A stretch of 51,197 nt of DNA from Alphaproteobacteria bacterium. GTDB taxonomy: Bacteria; Pseudomonadota; Alphaproteobacteria; SHVV01. Position 1 is the stretch's first letter, and each line of letters begins with the position of its first letter. Made by a program: the position numbers and the translations under genes. The notes below the pieces were generated by a model that saw only the letters and a list, made by a program, of their open reading frames with translations, ran no database searches and was not told the DNA's origin. This document shows positions 44,594 through 51,197 of the stretch, in pieces. The stretch covers positions 1-51,197 of the forward strand of contig SHVV01000002.1 of NCBI GenBank assembly GCA_009694095.1. Reading direction: 5' to 3'.

Positions 44594-45633
44594 GAAGTCA
44601 CCAACCCCGAAAACAATGACAAATAGCGTCCGACGACCGCACCTTCGGTGTATTCGCCCCGGTACGACGCCAGTCCGCCTGCCACGAGTTTGGCTCGAAG
44701 GTTCGGGTTCGCCAGCACGCGACCGATTGCGCTGGCAAGAGCCGCGGCGTCGTCGACCGGCACCTTGAGACCGTTCTCTCCCTCGGCGACAAGCGCGTCC
44801 GGACCGATGGAAGCAGCAGCGACAACTGGACGTTCGTGCGCCCATGCCTCGATCACGACGTTGCCCAACGGCTCGATCCGCGAGGAGCAGACGAACACGT
44901 CGCACGCCGCATACAGCGCCGCCGCATCGTCGCGCCAGCCGAGAAACCGGACGCGTTCTTGGATTCCAAGTGTTCGACATAGGCTTTTAAGCTCGCCCGC
45001 GAGCGGCCCGCTCCCGCCGATCCAGAGATAAACCGACGGCAGGGTCGCGACCGCTCGAAGCAGGACGTCGAAACCCTTGTTGCGATGAAGACGGCCAAGC
45101 GCCAGCACGAGCGGCACGCCCTCGGGCGTGCCGTGCTGCTGCCGGGGCACGGCCGCGGCGCGCTCATCCAGTACGAAATTCGGCGCATAGTGGGCCGAAG
45201 ACCGCGGAAATCCCCGCTCGATCACGTAGTCCACGATCGCTTGTGTGTTACCGAAGACATGATCGCAACGACGGTAGTATTTCAGATCGTAGTAGCCGCC
45301 AAGCCTTCCGACGTGAACAAACGGTCGGCGTCTAGTCGCCGGCGGACAAAACCGCGTCGCCCGATTCATCCACGTCAAAACGATTGTCGGTCGAAATGCT
45401 TCGATCGCCGCCCGAAAACGGTCGCGCGTGGTGAAGTCAACCCAGCCGCCGAACGGGATCTCGTCGTGGGCGATGCCGCTCTTTCGAAGCAAGCCGGCGG
45501 CGTGACCGGCCCGGCGCACGAGCAGGTGCTGCTCGACTTCCGCTCGAGCAAATGCGCTCGCTAATCGAACGAAAAAAAGCTCGGCGCCGCCCGGATTGGG
45601 TCCGGCCATCGCCTGCAGCAGCCGTGTCGTCAT
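44581..45633 (-). CDS. glycosyltransferase family 4 (GT-B, group 1)
   Basis: The start is at MTTRLLQAMAG, where the ATG overlaps the upstream stop (ATGA). It has the C-terminal E(X7)E-type region (SRIEPLGNVVIEAWA). Confidence 0.85.
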   Translation of the reverse strand: MTTRLLQAMAGPNPGGAELFFVRLASAFARAEVEQHLLVRRAGHAAGLLRKSGIAHDEIPFGGWVDFTTRDRFRAAIEAFRPTIVLTWMNRATRFCPPATRRRPFVHVGRLGGYYDLKYYRRCDHVFGNTQAIVDYVIERGFPRSSAHYAPNFVLDERAAAVPRQQHGTPEGVPLVLALGRLHRNKGFDVLLRAVATLPSVYLWIGGSGPLAGELKSLCRTLGIQERVRFLGWRDDAAALYAACDVFVCSSRIEPLGNVVIEAWAHERPVVAAASIGPDALVAEGENGLKVPVDDAAALASAIGRVLANPNLRAKLVAGGLASYRGEYTEGAVVGRYLSLFSGLVTSCAG

Positions 45634-46421
45634 TGCGCGCCGTCCGGACTCGACGGCCGGGCTTCGAGCCGCGCCTTGAGATAGGACAGCAGCGGATAGA
45701 GACCCGCGAACAACGCGATTAACACGCCGTAGGCGCCTTCGCGGTAGCCTTTGCGTTGCACGTAGCACTTGAAAAATCGGGTGACGAGTCGACGGACATT
45801 GCTCGCGAGCGAGCCTATATCGCCGCCGGCCACGAGATCCGCGGCGCGCGCGGTGGAGTAACGGTCGAGGCGAGCGAGCATATCGCTGATATCTCGATCG
45901 ACGTAGTGAAGTATTCGACTAACCAGGCGTCGCTTGCTTCCGATTAGAGTCACGGTCGGGTGAATGTTCTCCGGCCCCCAGCGTTTGCTGCCCCGCGAAA
46001 AGAGCCGTGGCGCCGCCGACACCCCCCACGATCCGCCCCATCCGTAGCGGACCAGCCGGGCGCCAATATAGTTGTCGAACGGGACGAGGAAATAGCCCGG
46101 CGACGCCGTCGCGATCGTCCGACGAACTTCAGCTGCCAGCGTCGGCGTTACACGCTCGTCGGCGTCAACTTCAAGGATCCACTCGCCGCGGCAGGTTTCA
46201 ATACCGAGATTTCGGCGATCGCCTTCGACCGGCCATTGCCCCACGATCAGCCGCGCGGTGTAACGCCGCGCGATCGCCGCTGACTCATCGGTACAGGCGT
46301 CGAGGACCACGACGAGCTCGTCGGCAAACGTGAGGCAATCGAGGCATTCGACCAACTGCGCCGCTTCGTTGTGCGCGACCACGAGCGCCGAAAGCTGCAC
46401 CGTCGACAACGCCGCCATCAT
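45630..46421 (-). CDS. glycosyltransferase family 2
   Basis: LSALVVAHNEA...LVVVLDACTDES...ILEVDADE is a GT-A DxD region. 263 aa. Confidence 0.85.
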   Translation of the reverse strand: MMAALSTVQLSALVVAHNEAAQLVECLDCLTFADELVVVLDACTDESAAIARRYTARLIVGQWPVEGDRRNLGIETCRGEWILEVDADERVTPTLAAEVRRTIATASPGYFLVPFDNYIGARLVRYGWGGSWGVSAAPRLFSRGSKRWGPENIHPTVTLIGSKRRLVSRILHYVDRDISDMLARLDRYSTARAADLVAGGDIGSLASNVRRLVTRFFKCYVQRKGYREGAYGVLIALFAGLYPLLSYLKARLEARPSSPDGAQ

Positions 46422-47380
46422 TACGGTTGTGCCCGCTGACGAGCCAGCAGCTCGCGGGCACCGGCTTCAACCGTTTCAACCGCAAGCGACTCCATGTGCG
46501 TTTCTTGGCTCCGATAGTCGTAGTATGGTGCGCTCACGATCGATTCATAACTTTCGGGGGTTCGCACCGTCGCAGTGTGAGGTCCCCATGGCGCATAAAG
46601 ATCTTCTCGACTCGGACCGAACAATCCAAGGGTTGGCACGCCGGCGGCGGCGGCCAAGTGCATCACGCCCGAATCGTTGCCAATGAAAATCGACGCCTGC
46701 TCACAGCACGCGTAGATCGTCGGTAGATCGACCGTTCCGACCAAATCAACGCGCCGTTCGCGCGGGATCGAGTCGAGGAGAGCGGCGACGTCACCCCTTT
46801 CGCTCTCCGCGCCAATGACGGCTACCGAGGCGTCGGCGAGCAGCCCGCTCGGCGCCGTCATCCTCGCCGCGAGCGCCGCGAACCGTTCGGCTGGCCAGCG
46901 CTTCCCGCCCCAGTTGGCGGTCGCCCCGAGGGCGAGAAGAGGACGCCCTTGCGGGATCAACGCCCTGGCGCGCCGGCGATGACCGTCGCTCGCATGGACG
47001 CGTGGCGGCGGCGGCGGATCGAGAGCAAGCGCCGAGGCAAAGAGTCGTATCCGGTGACAGTCATCGGACCGTTTGTTGAGCACGAAGCGCCGCCGAGCCG
47101 GGATCGACCAAGCAAGCCCCCACGAGCGCAGATCGACGACTATGTCCCACCATCTTCCGACAGTCGCGCGCCACAGCTCAAACCAGTGTCTGGCGAACCG
47201 TCGTTTTGTCAGCACGATCACTCGCTCCACGGACGGCGTTGCTGCGAACAGCGGCGCCGGTAGTTCGCCGCAGGCGACCCACACACGTGCATTCGGATTT
47301 TTTTGGATAAGATAGTCGAGTACGCCCGTTGACAACACCGTGTCACCGACCCGATTGGCGGTAACAAAAAGTATATTCAC
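46421..47380 (-). CDS. glycosyltransferase family 9 (LPS heptosyltransferase-like)
   Basis: The N-terminus is NILFVTANRVGDTVLSTGVL and the C-terminal region has IGNDSGVMHLAAAAGVPT. The GTG start overlaps the DUF1499 stop. Confidence 0.85.
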   Translation of the reverse strand: MNILFVTANRVGDTVLSTGVLDYLIQKNPNARVWVACGELPAPLFAATPSVERVIVLTKRRFARHWFELWRATVGRWWDIVVDLRSWGLAWSIPARRRFVLNKRSDDCHRIRLFASALALDPPPPPRVHASDGHRRRARALIPQGRPLLALGATANWGGKRWPAERFAALAARMTAPSGLLADASVAVIGAESERGDVAALLDSIPRERRVDLVGTVDLPTIYACCEQASIFIGNDSGVMHLAAAAGVPTLGLFGPSREDLYAPWGPHTATVRTPESYESIVSAPYYDYRSQETHMESLAVETVEAGARELLARQRAQP

Positions 47381-47895
47381 GCCCGCGCCACCGCCAAAGC
47401 GGACGTGAGTTTTTTCATCCAGCTCCTCACGCGCGCTTCGTTGACGCCCATATCCGACCGGCCGTAAATCAACCGGCTATAAATGGCGAGCGTCGAACGA
47501 TCGGGTCCGAGCGCAATGAATTGGACCGAAATAATATCCGGATACCGCATCAGCGGCGTTCGTTGCACATATTCGACCGTATTTTTTTCGGCGTCCTCGG
47601 CAAGACGCTTTAGCCGCGGTTCACCGGCGATCATCCGGTCCCACCCTGAGGTCAACGCCTCGACGGAGACGTTGTACACGGGGCTCGCCGCCTCTGTTTG
47701 CGCGGCGCAATATCCGCTCGGACACATTAGGAATTGGTTTGGCTTTGGCGACCGTTCCAAGGTCTTGAAATCGATTGCCTTGACCTCGCCCACGGGGAAA
47801 ATCCAATCGAGCGGGCCGTCGTCCCACATGGAGAATGCCACAAGCACCAAAAATGCGATCGCCGCGGCTATGGTTAGTCGATCGAGCCAATTCAT
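47377..47895 (-). CDS. DUF1499 family protein with N-terminal membrane anchor
   Basis: 172 aa. YPDIISVQF...STLAIYSRLIYGRSDMGVN resembles DUF1499. Confidence 0.72.
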   Translation of the reverse strand: MNWLDRLTIAAAIAFLVLVAFSMWDDGPLDWIFPVGEVKAIDFKTLERSPKPNQFLMCPSGYCAAQTEAASPVYNVSVEALTSGWDRMIAGEPRLKRLAEDAEKNTVEYVQRTPLMRYPDIISVQFIALGPDRSTLAIYSRLIYGRSDMGVNEARVRSWMKKLTSALAVARA

Positions 47896-48003
47896 GCCGG
47901 CCGTTTATAGCCGTAAGCGCGCGCCGCTGCCAAGGCGCCGCGACAAACAGGCTCGAACCCTTTGCCAACGCCCAGCGTTCGACCTACTTTATGGGCATTC
48001 GTC

Positions 48004-48918
48004 ATGGCATCGCTCCTATATACAACGCTTGAAACGCGCGGCCTCCTTGCCGTCACCGGTCCGGATGCGCGTAAGCTCCTACAGGGCGTGATCTCCAACG
48101 ACATCAACAAGGTCGCGCCGGAGCGGGCGATCTACGCGACGCTTCTCTCCGCGCAGGGCAAGTATCTCCATGATTTCTTCGTCGCTTTGCTGCCGACAGC
48201 TGAAGTACCAGATCGGCTCGTTATCGACTGCGAGCAAGGCCGACTCGCCGATCTCGTCCGTCGGCTAACCATGTATCGGCTACGCGCGAACGTGCAGTTC
48301 AACGAAGCTAATCAATCCCTTGCCGCCGTCGCCATCTTTGGCGACGGCGGCGCTGCGGCTTTCGGTTTATCGGATGTAGAGGGGGCCGCGGCGGCGTTTG
48401 GCGAGGGCGTCGCCTTTGTCGACCCCCGCCTTTCTGCCATGGGTGTGCGTGCGATCCTTCCGCGCGAGACCTTGAAAACATCGCTCGCTGGCGCCGAGGT
48501 TGCGGCCGGATCGGTAGAGGACTATCACCGCTTGCGCCTTACACTTGGCCTTCCCGACGGCAGCAACGACATTGCGATCGAGCGTTATTTCCCGCTCGAG
48601 TGCGGGTTCGAGGAGCTGAACGCAATCGACTACAAGAAGGGATGTTACGTCGGCCAAGAGCTTACGGCGCGCACTCACTATCGCGGGACCATTCGCAAAC
48701 GCCTTCTGCCGGTCGATGTCGATGGCCCACTGCCAGCGCCCGGAACACCGATTCTCTACGGAGAACGACAGGTGGGCGAGATCAAGACCGGGGCCGATGG
48801 ACGAGCGATCGCGATGGTACGGCTTGATGAGGCCGATGACGCGGAAAAGGCAGGCATCTCGCTCATGGTCGCTGGACAGCGCGTCCGCCGGGTCAAACCG
48901 GCCTGGGTCAAGCTTTAG
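48004..48918 (+). CDS. ygfZ: folate-binding YgfZ-family protein (Fe-S cluster repair / tRNA modification associated)
   Basis: It has a GcvT-like fold and the signature KGCYVGQE. The start was chosen at MASLLYTTLETRGLL. Confidence 0.85.
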   Translation: MASLLYTTLETRGLLAVTGPDARKLLQGVISNDINKVAPERAIYATLLSAQGKYLHDFFVALLPTAEVPDRLVIDCEQGRLADLVRRLTMYRLRANVQFNEANQSLAAVAIFGDGGAAAFGLSDVEGAAAAFGEGVAFVDPRLSAMGVRAILPRETLKTSLAGAEVAAGSVEDYHRLRLTLGLPDGSNDIAIERYFPLECGFEELNAIDYKKGCYVGQELTARTHYRGTIRKRLLPVDVDGPLPAPGTPILYGERQVGEIKTGADGRAIAMVRLDEADDAEKAGISLMVAGQRVRRVKPAWVKL

Positions 48919-48922
48919 ATCG

Positions 48923-49303
48923 ATGTTCGACCACGTCTCGATCGGAGTAGCCGATTTGGCGCGCGCGCGTAAGTTCTACGACCGCGCCCTTGCGCCGCTC
49001 GGGCTCAAGCCCCTGATGATCTTCGAGGCTTCGATCGGCTACGGGCGCGATCGGCCGTTTTTTTGGGTTGGGCTGTCGAAAGACGCTAGCCGACCGGAGG
49101 CAGGTCTGCATATCGCGTTCGCAGGAAGCGACCGTGCCCAGGTCCACGCCTTCCATGCAGCGGCGCTTTCCGCCGGCGGGCGCGATGATGGCCCGCCCGG
49201 CCTGCGCCCGCAGTACACGCCCGACTACTACGCCGCCTTCGTAACCGATCCCGACGGCCACCGGATCGAAGCCGTTTGCCGCAAACCGGGCGGCGCCCCG
49301 TGA
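48923..49303 (+). CDS. VOC/glyoxalase-family protein
   Basis: MFDHVSIGVADLARARKFYDRAL...HIAF...DPDGHRIEAV, 126 aa. Confidence 0.8.
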   Translation: MFDHVSIGVADLARARKFYDRALAPLGLKPLMIFEASIGYGRDRPFFWVGLSKDASRPEAGLHIAFAGSDRAQVHAFHAAALSAGGRDDGPPGLRPQYTPDYYAAFVTDPDGHRIEAVCRKPGGAP

Positions 49304-49896
49304 CAGTTCGCTGCCCGTGGTGCGGCGATGATCCGACTTACGTTGCCTACCACGACGAAGAGTGGGGTGTTCCCGAACGAGACGCCGCCGCCTTGTTCGA
49401 GAAGCTCGTCCTGGATGGATTTCAGGCCGGGCTCTCGTGGATCATCATCCTGCGCAAGCGCGATCATTTCCGTCGCGCCTTCGACGGGTTCGATCCCAGG
49501 CGAATCGCGCGCTGGAACAAGCGGAAAGTTGAGGTGCTTATGAATGACGCCGGTATCGTGCGCAACCGCGCCAAGATCGAAGCGACGATCACAAACGCGC
49601 GGAGTTATCTAGCGATCCTGGAGAAAGTCGGCAGCTTCAGTCAGTACCTATGGCAATTCACCGAGGGCCGAACCCTGATCAATCGGCGGCGCACCATGAA
49701 AGAGTTACCCGCCGAGACGCGCGAATCGCAAGCGATGAGCAAGGCGCTCCGCGAGCGCGGGTTCCGATTTGTCGGACCAACCATCTGCTACGCTTTTATG
49801 CAGGCCGTCGGCATCGTCAACGACCACATGGTCGATTGCTTTCGCTACGAGCAGTTGCTGGCGCAAGGATCGACCAAGAACGGAGCAGGGCTTTAA
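49300..49896 (+). CDS. tag: DNA-3-methyladenine glycosylase I
   Basis: CPWCGDDPTYVAYHDEEWGVP, with the zinc snap, and LDGFQAGLSW. The GTG start overlaps the VOC stop (GTGA). The TTG at 49276 is an alternative. Confidence 0.9.
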   Translation: MTVRCPWCGDDPTYVAYHDEEWGVPERDAAALFEKLVLDGFQAGLSWIIILRKRDHFRRAFDGFDPRRIARWNKRKVEVLMNDAGIVRNRAKIEATITNARSYLAILEKVGSFSQYLWQFTEGRTLINRRRTMKELPAETRESQAMSKALRERGFRFVGPTICYAFMQAVGIVNDHMVDCFRYEQLLAQGSTKNGAGL

Positions 49897-50288
49897 TCGC
49901 CCATCAAGGAGATTTTTTCCGGCAATACCTTGATGATCAGCCGTTTTTCGCCAGACTGGCGAAATGGATATTTATCGACACCGAGGTACTTCTTGGCCAA
50001 GCGGTCGATGTGATCGTCGGCGCCTTTTGCCACGATTTCGACGACGCGGCCGCGTATCATCGCCTGTTGGAACGGATCGTCGGCTGCCGTGATCGCCATC
50101 GAGACGCGCGGATCGCACCGAACGTTCTTGGTCTTGATCCGGCCTTCGGTGGAATTGAAGATGACGTGGTCTCCATCAGTGTCGACCCAGATGACGCTCG
50201 ATTGCGGCTAACCGTCGGGCATGAGCGTCGCCACCGTTCCCAGGTTTTTCCCGAACAGCAATTTCTTCGCGAGATCAGGTAGTTTCAT
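49893..50288 (-). pseudogene. pyridoxamine-5'-phosphate-oxidase-like (PPOX/FMN-binding split barrel) gene with an in-frame TAG
   Basis: My translation from the ATG at 50288 reads MKLPDLAKKLLFGKNLGTVATLMPDG*PQSSVIWVDTDGDHVIFNSTEGRIKTKNVRCDPRVSMAITAADDPFQ... The amber codon is at 50208-50210. Confidence 0.7.
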
Positions 50289-50386
50289 CGGGCGCCCTCG
50301 TTTGTCTATTCTGGCAACAATATACGTCCTTTGCGACCCGCGGTGCGAACGGTACTGAAGTCCCAACCGATGGCGACGTTGGCCCG

Positions 50387-50902
50387 ATGATCCGTCTTTG
50401 CCAGCCGTCCGATCGCGGCGCGATCTTCGCGATCATCAATGATGCCGCCCGCGCTTATCGGGGCGTCATTCCCGCCGACCGTTGGCACGAGCCTTACATG
50501 TCGAAAGAGGAGCTCGATCGCGAAATCGCCGCCGGCGTGGCGTTCTTAGGTTGCGAGTTGGACCAGATCCTTGTTGGCGTCATGGGAACCCAGCCGGTCA
50601 AGGATGTGATGCTCATCCGGCACGCCTACGTAAAGACCGCCGAACGCCGGCGCGGGGCCGGAAGCGCGCTGCTGAGCGCCACGCGCGATAATACCAAACG
50701 CCCGATTCTTATCGGAACGTGGGCGGCAGCGACCTGGGCGATTCGGTTCTACGAAAAACACGGGTTCCGCTTGATCGAGGGGCGCGAAAAGACGCGTCTT
50801 CTCAAGACCTATTGGACAGTTCCCGATCGCCAGATTGAAACCTCTGTTGTGTTGGCCGATGCGACGTGGTTGTCGCGCGCCGCGGCGACCACTAGCGCGT
50901 AG
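50387..50902 (+). CDS. GNAT family N-acetyltransferase
   Basis: 171 aa. The acetyl-CoA binding region is ERRRGAGSALL...FYEKHGF. Confidence 0.85.
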   Translation: MIRLCQPSDRGAIFAIINDAARAYRGVIPADRWHEPYMSKEELDREIAAGVAFLGCELDQILVGVMGTQPVKDVMLIRHAYVKTAERRRGAGSALLSATRDNTKRPILIGTWAAATWAIRFYEKHGFRLIEGREKTRLLKTYWTVPDRQIETSVVLADATWLSRAAATTSA

Positions 50903-50905
50903 CCT

Positions 50906-51197
50906 TTACGCCGCGCCGCTACCGAGCTTTCCGCCCCCGGCGAGCGCTGCTTGCACCGCGGCGAGTCGTGCGATAGGCACGCAATAAGGCGAGCACGACA
51001 TCATGGCAAAAGCGGATCGAGGCCGGATCGCCACCGTGCTCGCCGCAAATGCCGAGCTTGAGTCCGGGCCGAGCTTTCCTTCCCCGCTCGCTCGAAATAC
51101 GCACTAGTTCGCCGACCCCAGCAACATCGATGCTCACGAACGGGTCAAGTTCGAAAATCTCGGCCTTGATATAGTCGTCGAGAAAGTGTGCGGTGTC
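50906..51197 (-). pseudogene. ppdK: 3' end of pyruvate,phosphate dikinase carrying a frameshifting deletion (5' part outside the window)
   Basis: The translation ...DPFVSIDVAGVGELV...RPGLKLGICGEHGGDPASIRFCHDV is canonical PPDK. The expected G-L-x-Y-V-S is missing. The conserved CSPYxVPIARLAAxQAAL continues in another frame and stops at 50906-50908, while the frame in use runs to the TAG at 50919-50921. Confidence 0.75.

Noticed and set aside
44594-44980. 129-codon N-terminal extension of the asnB ORF, and similar long extensions on the amidohydrolase (24812-24982), cysQ (34304-34495), thiolase (41108-41230), dihydroorotase-like (42822-42932) and PPC-like (37661-37882) ORFs.
   Set aside because: The extensions are Arg-rich, overlap upstream genes or intergenic DNA, and precede canonical family N-termini. 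These include MCGIAG with its obligatory Cys2, MADLII, MEPHD, MTSCIVGW and MAAFDLVV, each with a Shine-Dalgarno sequence.

Overview
High-GC, densely coding chromosomal segment of alphaproteobacterial type. The taxonomic hint comes from an imuA-imuB-dnaE2 cassette preceded by a GTTC-N7-GTTC LexA-type box. All product calls rest on motifs I recognise in the translations; no database search was possible.

Gene content, in order:
- A long minus-strand housekeeping block: gltX (partial), nadE, an archaeal-type NAPRTase-like gene, class II DAHP synthase, gor, an MFS transporter, glmS and glmU.
- gph, tRNA-Val(CAC), and a DEAD-box helicase translationally coupled to infA.
- A stand-alone cNMP-binding protein, glutathione peroxidase, a D-aminoacylase-family amidohydrolase, a SulP-STAS-cNMP transporter and a lipase-like hydrolase.
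- An amidohydrolase, a MoxR-type ATPase with a VWA (CoxE-like) partner, and imuA-imuB-dnaE2.
- A SAM methyltransferase, cysQ, and an operon of acyl-CoA synthetase, two PPC/DUF296 proteins, acuI and a small hypothetical.
- An SCP2-type thiolase and a chain of dihydroorotase-like, asnB-like, GT4, GT2, GT9 and DUF1499 genes.
- ygfZ, a VOC protein, tag, a GNAT and the 3' end of ppdK.

I saw no CRISPR array, rRNA, transposase, integrase or recognisable defence system.

The most striking signal is gene erosion. At least eight independent lesions occur in 51 kb:
- two deletion scars that fuse fragments of unrelated genes;
- two in-frame nonsense codons at conserved positions;
- two frameshifts;
- a 27-codon cysteine-synthase stub;
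- a roughly 17-nt deletion in ppdK.

Other candidates worth follow-up:
- a roughly 0.8-kb low-GC island (22.6-23.4 kb) with orphan small genes;
- two translationally coupled PPC-domain genes embedded between an acyl-CoA ligase and acuI;
- GC-rich hairpin-forming repeats inserted in frame in dnaE2.

No clearly novel multi-gene system can be demonstrated from sequence alone.
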